A program made the position numbers and the translations under genes. The notes under the pieces are model-generated. The model was given only the letters and a program-made list of their open reading frames with translations, made no database searches and was not told the origin of the DNA. Positions 23,679 to 35,739 of a stretch of DNA of 64,000 bases are shown piece by piece. Each line of letters starts with the position of its first letter. Position 1 is the stretch's first letter. Source of the stretch: Hemiscyllium ocellatum (Eukaryota); contig NC_083416.1 in assembly GCF_020745735.1 (NCBI RefSeq), positions 29,168,543 to 29,232,542 on the forward strand, in the 5' to 3' direction.

Positions 23679-26449
23679 TCCTTCGAGATATCTGTTCTGC
23701 TCTATTTCCAAACTCTCGATCATTCCTGATTTAAATCACTCCATCATTGGTGACTATGCCTTCAATTACCAAACGCTCAAACCGTGAAATTCTTTGTTCA
23801 ACTTCTCTGCTGCTTTTCCTCTCTTTTCTCCTTTAATAACCAACGCTTTGACCAAGTTTCCTCTCATCTGCCATTTTCTTATATGGCTCAATGTAAAATT
23901 TTGTTTTTAAATACGTCTGTTATGTGTCTTTGAATGTTTTTTATGACCCAAATCTTCCTTCCAGTCTTCAGATAATTGGAAGTCTCAATGCACTGACTCT
24001 ACAGGAACTCCTGGAAGTTTAAACGTCCAGAAAACAATTCTCCATCGTTTTGCACATTTAGAGAAATTAATCTTCCTTACCTGGACAGTCATCAAGTAAA
24101 CATTAGACAACTTAAATGTGTGTCACTTCTGAGTAACAATACGTCTGAATCCCCACCCCAGCCCTAATTTCTCACTGAACAACGGACTCCTCCCGACCCC
24201 CTAAAACACCCAACTCTTCAAACACTAGCTGATTCCCTTCTTCCCTCCCAGACTTCCAACTCCATCCTGCCCCACCCTCTCCCATTTGATGCAATGTATT
24301 TATCCAAATCCCTGCTGGACTCTTCAATTCCCTCATAAACCAACTGGACTGCTACCAGCCCCAAACACTTGCCTCCTTGGCCCTACAACGCCTCCTGACA
24401 TAATCTAACTTGTCCTTTCCCCTTCTCAACTCGCCCCCACTACCAAGTTAAGTCATTATTAATAAATGATCACCAACTTCTAAGATTTCACTCAGTTTCT
24501 ATCTCCACGGATGCTGTCAAACCTACCTATGCTTCAAACTATTACAAAGATGATTTTACAGAGTTTTTGAACATTTCATCTAGTTATGCTTAATCTAGCT
24601 TGCAAATTGTGGGATGAATGAATAGAAGCTGTAGTATCCAGCTATTACTTGATGTTTGTATCAGATCCTCCATTGCAATGGTAATTAATGCCTGGAGAGT
24701 AGGCATCCTCTCAATCCAATTTCTGTTTTATCCACATGACATATACCCAATCCATACAATAGATTTTGCAAGGTTTTTTGGCTTACTGGCAGTGAAAATT
24801 GAAAGCTAATGTGACAGGCCCATACAACAGGATTGTATATTGTTCACCGACAGCCACTAGATTAGCTAACACATTCTGAACACCTGTAAATGAAAACAAA
24901 TTCCTGGACATTCACTTTAACAGCAGCAACATGATCAGCATCACTGTAAATTATCGAACTGAACATTTAATTACAAGACATTCAGTTGTACATTCACTAT
25001 CGGTATCTGAATTGCTGGGTCCTTTCACGGAAAAGTCTCAGTCATCAGAAAACCTGAAACCACCAGGTTTTTGGCATCTGATTCATGTTTGCTTCTCATT
25101 TCAGCGCAGCATGAAATTAATTGAGAGTTTAGGTTAAAATGACACAGGCACAGAGTGACCTTTTTTAAAATTAGCTAGTTCTGAGGTAAGCAAAGAAGAA
25201 AAACCATACATAACATAGTTTCCAAGCTTCCACACTTGTGCACAGTACCGGTCCAAACAGTACACAACGGACAAATTCCATTTACCATTACTGGTTTGTC
25301 AATACAAGAAATGAAAGGAAGTGGGCATGAGGGGAGAGAGAAAATATATCAATAACGTAAAGGGGTGCGGGGTGATTAAGACAATTGATTGAAGGGCAAT
25401 TATTGCCTTTTTGAAAATACACACCAACTACAATTTTCATAAATGATCAGTACATAGAGCAAGAACATATAAAATTGGAACAGGTGTGATAGCATTTCAG
25501 CTGAGGCATGAGCACAGAATGTACGACACATGGATATGTGAAGTTAGTTTACTTCTCAACAAACAAGGGACAAACTCTTTACTGCCTGACAATACAACTC
25601 ACCCACATCTCAGCATGTTGGAATTAATTGAGTTTTTTTGGGGGGGTAGAAATCTAAATACTAGTCACAGCCCCACATTTAGTATATAGCATTACGGGTT
25701 ATGATGTTCTATCAGTTAATAAATAGTTCTATTTTGAATACAGTTTTCAAACTTTGGAAATCAATAAGCCTTCCCATATCATAGCCAAGGAATCCCATCT
25801 TGACTATAGAGCAATTGTATGTATTTTCTGCAGCAGGAAATGTCACATAGTCACTGAAACTTAAAGGAGGTGCCAACAAAGGTAGACCATAACAGATCCC
25901 AATTCTGACTGGTTGCTTAGATTGGGGGTGTTCAGTATTGAGTTGAAGAAAGGACTTTCTCAACGTTTGTCATCAATCTTACAATTACGATTTGGGTGCA
26001 AATGGAAATTAACAGGTAACAAAAACTTATTAAAACTCCATCTTCTAGTTTAGGTTCTAACGAATGTTTTGCAAATCATCTCAACGGCTGCAACAATACT
26101 CCACATTGACTACTTGGCCACATTCACCGATTTCGACTGTGCATGAAGTGGGCTTCTCCTCCAATACAGTCATAGGTAATATTACAAAATAGGACTGATG
26201 TTTTGTAGGCTTTGTACTGAATGGGCTTCAATACTGAATATAGCAATGAATGCCATCTAACCAGATTTCTCGCTTAATTTCATTAAATCTCCAATATTAA
26301 ATAGGGGTAAATGAAGGACTCTGTAATATGTAACTTGAAGTACAAGTAACTACAGTAAGCAGTGTGTTGTTAGTGATGGACAAACCGAATTTAAGAGGTT
26401 TGACACCAACTGGCTCTACTACGTTGAAAAGCAGCTTTTATTTCGGCAT

Positions 26450-29400
26450 GGTCAGGTATTGTGTTGGCCGTTTTGGGTAATGGGAATGATCTTTTCCAAG
26501 GACACGTCTGTCTCATAGTCCCCATTGCTCGACAGAAGGCTGACCGCCCCGTGCTGGGAGATGGGCGAGAGCTTTGCGCAGCAGTTGCGGTCTGTCGGAG
26601 TGTCTGGAGGGCAGGGCACCGAATGGGGGATCAGGTAGACGCTGTTCTCCGCTTTCTCCAGGGTTGGCCCAGGATGGTAGGAGGAGACCCCGTTGTGGAT
26701 GGTGACCGTCTCCACGGCGTTGCTGGCGCACAGGGCGCCGCAGCCCAGCAGGGTGGAGAAGGCCTTGCGGAAATCCGCGTTGAAGGCGTAGATGATGGGG
26801 TTGAGGGAGGAGTTGGCCCAGCCGAACCAGACAAAGACATCGAAGGTGCTGCCGCTGACACAGGGCAGGGGAGGCGGACTGGCGTGGCTCTCACAGAACG
26901 GCACCAAGCAGTTGAGGATGAAGAAGGGCAGCCAGCAGCACACGAAGACGCCCATGATCACCGACAGGGTCTTGAGCACTTTGGTCTCTCGCTTGAAGGA
27001 CAACTTGAAGGAGCTCTCGGGCTGTATGTCCGCAGTGCTGGCGCTGCTCCGGTTACTCTGGCAGTTCTTGGCGTGCACGGCGGCTCTCTCCAGGGCCGAG
27101 ATTCGCCGGATCTGTTTCTGGGCGATTCGGTAGATGCGGGTGTAGGTGACAATCATAATGGCCACGGGGATGTAGAAGCTGATGAGGGATGAGGAGATGG
27201 CGTAGGTCCTGTTGAGGCTGGAGTCGCAGTTGTCTCCTGGGCGCTGGGAGGTGGCATTGCCAAGTAGCCCACTGGGGACCCTCGCCTTATGCCAGTCCAG
27301 CTGAACGGGGATGAAGGAGATCAGCAGAGAGAGGCTCCACGCCGCGCTAATCATCACGAAAGCCACTTTGGGCGTCATTTTCCGCTCGTAGCGGAAGGGG
27401 CTGGAGATGGCCCAGTATCTGTCCACGCTGATCACGCACAGGTTGAGGATCGAGGCGGTGGAGCACATGATGTCGAAGGCCACCCAGACGTTGCAGAAGG
27501 GGCCGAAGGGCCAGAAACCCGCGATCTCGCTCACCGCCTTCCAGGGCATCACCAGCACCGCCACCAAGAGGTCGGAGACGGCCAACGAGATCACAAACAA
27601 GTTGGTGACCTTCGTCCGCAGGTGGCGAAAGCGGATGACCGCCACGCAGACCAGGGTGTTGCCCAGCAGCGTGGAGAGGATCAGCAGCGAGAGGAAACAG
27701 CCCGTGAGCACTCGGAACGAGGAGTCCTGCTCAGCAGCCAGCGAGCTGCCGTCCATGGTGGTAGTGTTCTGCCTCATTCCCAACACACACGCACACAAAC
27801 ACCGAAAGAGCCCTCGTGTACAGTGTCTACCCCTCCTCCTGTGTCACACTCAGACCTGTTCCCGCTAATCACAGGGGACCCACCGACCACAGGGCAGTCA
27901 TGGAGAAATCTCGTCTTCCAACCAAAGATAGGGCCTACCTTCAATCCATCTGCACCTGGTCTGAGCTTTGATCAACGTCCTTTCTCCCGAGTTAGGTTTA
28001 CCTTCACCTCCATGATCGTGCCGCAGTTAAACATCTTTTGCCTCAGGCAGTGTCCCGGGAAACAGTAACTCCCAACATTGCTCCGTCCCTTGTTGCTGAT
28101 GGGCAAAATTCTATGGCGGCCTTACATTGCATGTTAACAAATGATCAACCCCCTCTAAGTGTCCCTGTTCAGTTGTCTCCCTGGAGTCCCGGAGAGTGTG
28201 AAACATCCACTTTACACAAAAGGGGGAAGAGTTTTTTTTTGTGTGGTTTCAACACCTTCTCTGACAAAATATCCCTCAGTCCAGGCTGTCCGTGCCTCCA
28301 CCGTTATACATTCCGTATATCCGGCACCCCGCCATCCATTTTCCGTTCCTTAGAAATTTAAAGAGATCAGAAATGAAGCAAAAATAATGTCACCATTACA
28401 TAGCCACACAACTGGTGTGAATGTCATTCCCAAATTATTACGCGTTATTACACACCCAAGTCCCATTTCAGCTGTGATCACTGCTGAGAGGTTAAAATAG
28501 CTGAGAGGTACAGAGCATGATGGAAACACTCAGCCGGTCAGGCAGCGTCTGTAGGGGAAGGACACCAGTTCGACGACTGTCCGCCAGAACAGATTTCCAA
28601 TGTGTGCAGCACTTTGGGTTTTGTTCTCCCGCGAGGAAGTCGTGATTTAAAGTCAATAGTTACACTATTGCCTACCATTCTCCCATAAAATAATGTTCAG
28701 CAACTTTCTAGACGCCACGATGCAGGGAGTTTTGAGCGTGTGAGGACGATGCAGTCCGCCCCAGCTCGCAGTTCATGTTGCGATTCCTACATCCCCTCAA
28801 CTGCACACACTCCACCCTCCGTTCAGCGATCATCTGCAAGTACTCACCGAGGTCGTCCCAATCTCTGTTTGTCAAACAGGCAAGATCGCAAAACCATCTA
28901 CTTCAGTCCGTTTCGAAACGATCCAACACTTCACCCTTTTATTCTTACGAAAGTGGTGTTGACGGGTGGGTTGAATACTGGTCCTACACTCATTTTAAAA
29001 CTGTAAAAGACTGTCGTCGCAACATTCACGTCAAAATCGAGAATAAAATTTCCAAAAAATGTGCTGTAGTTTTGTTGCTCTGCACAGTGTTCCGATAACA
29101 TAAATGTTTATCACAGTTCAGCGGCTGGCTATAGGTGCATGTGTCGTCATTGACAAAATATAGTGCTTCGCAGTAAATCTTCCGAGCTCTGTTACCTCTT
29201 TGCTTCTCTCCCCTGTTAATAAATTCCCCCAAATCTCTGATAACTGGATGTGAGCTGGTTGCGCCACCACGTGGATTGCGAACGTTATTATTCGAGAGAC
29301 GGGAGAGCACCAGCGACTTCTCAAACATGTAGCTGCTACTCGTGGACTGTGCTCGATGATAAAGCTCCACCAACCAACTCGGCAGCGAGGCCAGCAAGTG

Positions 29401-30460
29401 ACAAATGCTCCACGTCGGCCAACGAAAGCAGATGCTTAATTTGCTCACAATTTCAGGTAATTATTTGGGCTACAATTGGAAAGTTCGAATGCAGGCGAAT
29501 AATTAATAGAGGGCAACGTTTAGCAAACTTTGGAACGTTGTTTCCAAGGGCAAGTTGATAATGTTTCAGCGAAATCTTAAATATCGAAAACGGTAACACG
29601 GCACATTAGCTGTTCATACCAAGATCAAATGTTAAACTTTGATTTTAAAAATGGATCTCGGATGAATTCTCCCTCCCGTGGCAACAGCTGTCCATCACTA
29701 CAATGTGAAATCAAGTCTGGTCAACCTCGCTTTCCCCATCCTTTGCAAATGGAGGTTCTCATTAAAATGGCTTTTTTTAAAAATGAAAAGTGATAAGTTT
29801 TGATTTCGAACCGCATCCTTTCGCCATCAGATTCGGTGTGTTCTTCAGAACAATTGACACAAGGCTGTTTTCAGATTAACGAAATCTATCTGGGAGATGC
29901 CATTTATTTCAGGAAGGCGACGACTCTTTAAAATCTTCGAGTAAAAAATGAGGTCTTTTATGTGACTCTTTAAAATCGCCCAGCCCAATTATCATTCCCA
30001 ATCCACAGTTAGCAGATGACCAATAGCTAGTAACTAGTAACCTAGGTCCCCTTTTACAGTAATAAGGAGACAACCTGTACTCGGCACTGCCTCTCTGTAA
30101 TCAACGCTCACTACTTTAAAGAGGGCTCGAATGTGTACTCTCCACATGTATTTTTCATTGTTTTTATACCACTACTTCTGACGCCGGAAATGCAAACTTA
30201 ACCCACGAAAATCGAATTTCGTCAATATGAATTGCATTCCACCCGGCACAACATCTTCGAGAGATTGAAAGCTGCGCAACTTCAGAGAATAAATTAAGAT
30301 TACCGTAGATTGCGTTAACACACTCCTTTAATAATAAGCTGACAATAGTGCTCTATTAAATTTAAAACATCGTGACGTAAAGTCTTAAGAAAATGTAAAT
30401 TTATAGTTTTAAAAGAGCTGACAAATGATAGCTTTTAATAAACATCGGGCGGGCTATTCG
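26450..30460. promoter_or_regulatory. CpG-retaining region covering the DRD1 CDS and 5' flank (probable promoter/non-methylated island)
   Basis: CpG is visibly frequent compared with the flanks, even in AT-rich 28.5-30.4 kb; palindromic E-box CCACGTGG at 29267-29274 and CRE-like TGACGTAA at 30373-30380. Confidence 0.6.
26452..27777 (-). CDS. DRD1: Dopamine receptor D1 (D1A), class A GPCR, single coding exon, 441 aa
   Basis: ATG at 27777 ([10 protein letters not shown], compare mammalian MRTLNTSAMDG); GNTLV, LAVSD, TM3 Asp (AFDIMCS), DRY, TM5 serines (AISSSLIS), [20 protein letters not shown]; C-terminus [16 protein letters not shown] is D1A-like rather than D5-like. Confidence 0.96.
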   Translation of the reverse strand: MRQNTTTMDGSSLAAEQDSSFRVLTGCFLSLLILSTLLGNTLVCVAVIRFRHLRTKVTNLFVISLAVSDLLVAVLVMPWKAVSEIAGFWPFGPFCNVWVAFDIMCSTASILNLCVISVDRYWAISSPFRYERKMTPKVAFVMISAAWSLSLLISFIPVQLDWHKARVPSGLLGNATSQRPGDNCDSSLNRTYAISSSLISFYIPVAIMIVTYTRIYRIAQKQIRRISALERAAVHAKNCQSNRSSASTADIQPESSFKLSFKRETKVLKTLSVIMGVFVCCWLPFFILNCLVPFCESHASPPPLPCVSGSTFDVFVWFGWANSSLNPIIYAFNADFRKAFSTLLGCGALCASNAVETVTIHNGVSSYHPGPTLEKAENSVYLIPHSVPCPPDTPTDRNCCAKLSPISQHGAVSLLSSNGDYETDVSLEKIIPITQNGQHNT

Positions 30461-30504
30461 GAAAGAATCTGAAGCACTTTCTGTTTAAATTGATTTGGAT
30501 ACTA

Positions 30505-30668
30505 GTTCAACATTTAACAGGCAACTGGATGGGTAGATGAACAGGAAGGGTTTAGAGGGATATGGGCCAAGTGCTGGCAAATGGGACTAGATTAATTTTA
30601 GGATGGCTGTCGGCATGGACGAGTTGGACGGAAGGGCCTGTTTCTGTGCTGTACGTCTCTATAACTCT
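30505..30668 (+). mobile_element. CR1 3' UTR fragment
   Basis: Reverse-complement match to the 3' end of the CR1 at 7722-7860. Confidence 0.75.
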
Positions 30669-31069
30669 GGTGTGATCCTTTAATCCTTTTCAAACGATAA
30701 ACATTTGCTGTTCTGCATCAAAAGGGTGCAGCCCAGAATGCAGTACACAAACCTTAGTTACACCTTTTTAAAAAAATCTACTGAATGTATTCTGTTTTTC
30801 TGAACTTATTTTCTTTCAGCTTTTGAATAATTATGAGTTAGTATTGGTAATTTTACTTAAGTAACACTCTTTAGGCAGTGACATCTTTCCTTTTTCAACA
30901 ACATTATTTCAAATCTCATTTCTCTGATTGTGTAAAATATTAGCAAGACTGGTTCCCATTGTTGTCAGTTTACTTGAGAAGGTTCCTTGTTCAGAAGACA
31001 GAAAGTCAAGGATTAAGACAACAGTACAGCTATTTTCTAACTTAAATTCTTATCAAAATCAGTCTTGCT

Positions 31070-32100
31070 GACACACAGAGGAACACCACAAGGATCAGTG
31101 GTGGGGCCACAATTATTTCCAATATATATGGATGACCCGGATGAGGAAAGTGAATGTACTATAGTCAAATTTGCAGATGTCACAAAAAATGGATAGGAAG
31201 GCAAGTGGTGAAAATGACACAATTGAATCTGCAGAGAATACAGATAGGTTAAGTAAATTGACAAAATCTCAGCAGTTGGAATATAACATGGGAAAATGTG
31301 AGGTTATGTACTTTGCATTAGAATTAAAATTAGGTTTTATTGTCATATGTACTCAAGTCAGAAATACAGGAGTACAGTAAAAAGTGTACAAAGTTGCCAT
31401 TTCTTGTGCCATCTTAGGTACAAAAGTTTAAAATTATTGATCATCTTATAGAGTGGAAAAATAAAGAATATGAAGTGAAAAGGTCAGCATTACAGACTTT
31501 CTTTCGCCATGGGCCTGTAGTTGCTTCATGCTGGACTTTGCCCACAAAGGCTCAATCTCTTCCTCACGCTGAGCTCGATCCCCACCCCATGCTGGGTTCA
31601 TTTCCTCCCCTCTCTGGGTGTGATCTCTCCCCCCATGCTTCCATCTTACTGCCAACTGCCAAAGTCCTGCTTTGGGCCCCAGACTCTGCCAAGCTGCAAA
31701 CCCTGATATCTTTCCAGAAGGTAAGTAAAGAAAACAAATTATAAAACTAAAAAAAAAGAAAAGCAAGCCCTGGGCTCAGACCCTGGCCCTGGAAGAATAG
31801 AGGATCTGAATATTCTTTAAATGGAGAAAGACTGCAGAAAGCTACAGAACAGAGAGATTTGGGAATCCTCATCCATGAATTACAAAACAGCTAAAGGGTT
31901 CAGCAGGTAATTGGGAAGAAAAATGGAATTTTGGCCTTTATTTCAAAGGGAATAGACCATAACAATGGGAAGGTTTTGCTAAAACAATACTAGGCATTAG
32001 TCAGATCGCAACTGGAATACTCTGAACTGTTCTGGCCTGTTATCAATGGGAAAGATATTCTGGCATTGGAGGCAGTCCATAGAGTTACAGAGGTTGTCAG
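31070..32100 (+). mobile_element. Old CR1 RT fragment with a nested unclassified repeat (about 31316-31800)
   Basis: GTPQGSVVGPQLF, VKFADV and GKCEVM remnants. Confidence 0.6.
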
Positions 32101-32130
32101 CACTGAAATGAAGGCCCTTTGACCAATTTA

Positions 32131-32310
32131 GGAGAAAGTGAGGACTGCAGATGCTGGAGATCAGAGCTGAAAATGTGTTGCTGGAAAAGCGCAGCAGGTC
32201 AGGCAGCATCCAAGGAGAATCAACAAGAAGAGCTCATGCCCGAAACGTTGATTCTCCTGCTCCTTGGATACTGCCTGACCTGCAGCGTTTTTCCAGCAAC
32301 ACATTTTCAG
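32131..32310. mobile_element. Short fold-back Neptune-type terminal-repeat element
   Basis: Inverted arms gctgaaaatgtgttgctggaaaa.. / ..ttttccagcaacacattttcagc; 15-bp TSD CCTTTGACCAATTTA (32116-32130, 32311-32325); hammerhead 5' core lost. Confidence 0.85.
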
Positions 32311-32339
32311 CCTTTGACCAATTTAATCTGCTATGGTCA

Positions 32340-33530
32340 AAGACAAGAACATAACTATTCTCATCCTATTTTCCAGCCCTTGACATTGCAAGCATACATT
32401 TAATTACTTATTAAGTATTATGGAGATTTTACAGGCACTGAATTCTCAATTCCCTTCACTTTTTGAATGAAAATAAAATTCGCACATTTCCTCTAAACCT
32501 TCTGCCCTTGCCTTAAGTCTATGTCCCTGGTCATTGATCCCTCCACCAAGGGGGAAGGTTCCTTCCTGCCTATCCTATCTATACCCCTTATATATCTCAA
32601 TCATGCCACCTCCCTCCCAGTTTCCCTTGTTTGAAGCAAAACAACTCTAGTCTAACCAATCTGTCTTTTCATAACTAAAGTTTTCCAGCTTACACAACAC
32701 CATGTTACATCTCTCTGCACCATCGCCAACTGGATTCCAGAATAACACACAATACTCTAATTGTTGCCGAACCAATGTTTTATACAATTCCAGCACAACT
32801 TCCCTGCTCTTATACTATATGCCTTGGCTAATTGAAGCCAGTATCCCATGTACCTTCATAACCACTTAATATACTTGTCCCACTACTTTAAGGGTTCATT
32901 GTACATGCACACCAAGGTCCCTCTGATCCCTGTGTTTGTCAGGGACTTACCAGTCATCATGAATTCCCTTGTCTTGTTTGTCCTGCCCAAATGTATCACG
33001 TTTCACCTTTCTGGTTTTAATTCATTTGTTATGGTCAGTCTATCTATATCCTCCTGTACTCTAAGGCTAAACTCCAACTATTTACCATCCCACTAATTTT
33101 TGTATTATTCACAAATTTACTAATCAACTTTCCTACATTCAGGTATATACTACATTTGTATATATTTGTATATACTATGTACAGCACCCCTCAAAGCAGA
33201 TCTGCAGAACCCCCACTGGACACAGGCTTTCAGTCACGAAAGACCCCAACCATCATCCTCTGCTTCCTGCCACTCAGCTAATTCTAGATCTAGTTAGCCA
33301 AAGTTCTTTGGATCCCATGGGCTCTTGCCTTTGCTATCAGTCACCCATGTGGAAACTTACCAAAAGCCTTGCTTAAGTCCGTGTCGACTACATCAAATAT
33401 GTTGCCCTCTTAGTCACCTCTGAAAAACTCATTCAGTTGATCAGTCATGATAGTCCCTTAACAAAATTGTACTTGATTAATCCCTGGCCCTCCATGTGCA
33501 AATTAATTCTCTGTTTAAGAACTGCTCCCA
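32340..33530 (-). mobile_element. Old CR1 RT fragment
   Basis: Minus-strand D.SKAF..V.H and GS..GV remnants. Confidence 0.6.
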
Positions 33531-34000
33531 GAGAAGGTTCACTAGACTGATACCAAGTATGCATGGACTATCTTATAAGCAGAGGTTGAGTAGATTGAAC
33601 CTGTATGCTTTGGAATATAGAAGAATGGGAGGTGACTTTAGTGAAGCATAAGATTTGTCAGGCTAGGTGCAGAAAAGTTATTTCCCCTGGTGGGACAATC
33701 TAGGACCAGAGGCCATAATCTCAAAATAAGGGGTAGCACATTTAAAATAGAGATGAGGAGGAAAACTTTTTATCAGAGGTACTGAAACTGTGGAATCCTG
33801 TAGAGCAGACAGCTCTTGAGGCAGGGTCATTAAGTATGTTCTGAGATAATCAGATTTTTAATCTGTGAGGAAAACACAGTTGTGGGAAAAGACAGGAAAG
33901 TGGAGTTCAGGATTATCAGATCAATGATGATCTTATTGAATAGTAGAACAGTCTCAGTAGGGCTAAATGGCCTACTTCTACTCCTACGTCTTATAGTTTT
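33531..34000 (+). mobile_element. CR1 3' fragment
   Basis: RRFTRLIP..LSY..RL, TRGH remnants and 3' UTR. Confidence 0.65.
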
Positions 34001-34450
34001 GCAGTGACACCTTACTATTCTCTTATTAAACCACATCCTACCAGTATTGTATTAAATAAAATTCCACAATGCTTTTCAGAATATATTACTGGCCTAATTT
34101 TTCATCTTTCTTGTTTTGTACAAAAGGATCCTTCTGTCTTTTATAATAAAATAATTAATTCCATTCATTTAGTCATTTTAAAACCAAGTATTAAAAAAAA
34201 TGTTAGAAATCTAAAACCACTCAACATAATGGTCGGCCATCTTTTAGAAATGTGATAAAATTAAATGACTTGCTGAGTCCATTCAGAAAGCAGGTGGGAT
34301 AGAACTATATCTGTGTAGGCCCGATCAGGTAAGGATAGTAGGTTTCCTTCACAAAAACTGAATTTTTATGGCAACCTGACAGCTTCTTACTGAGGAAAAA
34401 TGTGTTGCTGGAAAAGCGCAGCAGGTCAGGCAGCATCCAAGGAGCAGGAG

Positions 34451-34486
34451 AATCGACGTTTCGGGCATAAGCACTTCTTCAGGAAT
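34451..34486 (-). ncRNA. Minimal hammerhead motif (GUC triplet)
   Basis: Reverse complement ATTC-CTGAAGA-A-GTGC(ttat)GCCC-GAAA-CG-TC-GATT; one stem II mismatch. Confidence 0.55.
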
Positions 34487-34508
34487 GAGGAAAGTGTGCC
34501 AAGCTGGC

Positions 34509-35739
34509 ATCTATTATAAACCGACTGACTCCCACAGCTACCTGGACTACACCTCCTCCCACCCTGCCCCCTGTAAAAACGCCATCCCATATTCCCAATT
34601 CCTTCGTCTCCGCCGCATCTGCTCCCAGGAGGACCAATTCCAACACCGCACAACCCAGATGGCCTCCTTCTTCAAGGACCGCAGATTCCCCCCAGACGTG
34701 ATCGACGATGCCCTCCACCGCATCTCCTCCACTTCCCGCTCCTCCGCCCTTGAGCCCCGCTCCTCCAACCGCCACCAAGACAGAACCCCACTGGTTCTCA
34801 CCTACCACCCCACCAACCTGCGCATACAACGTATTATCCGCCGCCATTTCCGCCACCTCCAAACGGACCCCACCACCAAGGATATATTTCCCTCCCCTCC
34901 CCTATCAGCGTTCCGCAAGGACCACTCCCTTCGTGACTCCCTTGTCAGATCCACACCCCCCACCAACCCAACCTCCACCCCCGGCACCTTCCCCTGCAAC
35001 CGCAGGAAATGTAAAACTTGCGCCCACACCTCCACACTCACTTCCCTCCAAGGCCCCAAGGGATCCTTCCATATCCGCCACAAGTTCACCTGTACCTCCA
35101 CACACATCATCTATTGCATCCGCTGCACCCGATGTGGCCTCCTCTATATTGGTGAGACAGGCCGCTTACTTGCGGAACGCTTCAGAGAACACCTCTGGGC
35201 CGCCCGAACCAACCAACCCAATCACCCCGTGGCTCAACACTTTAACTCCCCCTCCCACTCCACCGAGGACATGCAGGTCCTTGGACTCCTCCACCGGCAG
35301 AACACAACTACACGACGGCTGGAGGAGGAGCGCCTCATCTTCCGCCTGGGAACCCTCCAACCACAAGGTATGAATTCAGATTTCTCCAGCTTCCTCATTT
35401 CCCCTCCCCCCACCTTGTCTCAGTCGGTTCCCTCAACTCAGCACCGCCCTCCTAACCTGCAATCCTCTTCCTGACCTCTCCGCCCCCACCCCACTCCGGC
35501 CTATCACCCTCACCTTGACCTCCTTCCACCTATCCCACCTCCATCGCCCCTCCCCCTAGTCCCTCCTCCCTACCTTTTATCTCAGCCGGCTTGGCTCTCT
35601 CTCTCTTATTCCTGATGAAGGGCTTATGCTCGAAACGTCGAATTCTCTATTCCTGAGATGCTGCCTAACCTGCTGTGCTTTGACCAGCAACACATTTGCA
35701 GCTGTGATCTCCAGCATCTGCAGACCTCATTTTTTACTA
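34509..35739 (+). mobile_element. Young 5'-truncated Neptune-type PLE nested in the outer element's terminal repeat
   Basis: 9-bp TSD CAAGCTGGC (34500-34508, 35740-35748); open frame to 35474 with RT thumb (YYKPTDSHSYLDYTSSHP..KNAIPYSQFLRLRRICS), CNRRKCKTC linker and YCIRC..LYIGETGR GIY-YIG. Confidence 0.92.
35608..35643 (+). ncRNA. Minimal type I hammerhead ribozyme motif, intact (GUC triplet; predicted cut after 35639)
   Basis: ATTC-CTGATGA-A-GGGC(ttat)GCTC-GAAA-CG-TC-GAAT; 4-bp stem I and full catalytic core. Confidence 0.8.

Noticed and set aside
27778-27798. 7-aa N-terminal extension (MCACVLG) in the ORF track
   Set aside because: It starts at a non-ATG codon; the ATG at 27777 aligns with known D1 N-termini.
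26461-28068. Long plus-strand ORFs (243 aa and 259 aa) antisense to DRD1
   Set aside because: Shadow frames expected from the GC-rich codon usage of DRD1; no recognisable domain.
34485-34508. ATG start of the 329-aa ORF as a real gene
   Set aside because: The first codons come from the outer element's inverted arm and are fused by chance across the TSD to the truncated inner PLE ORF.
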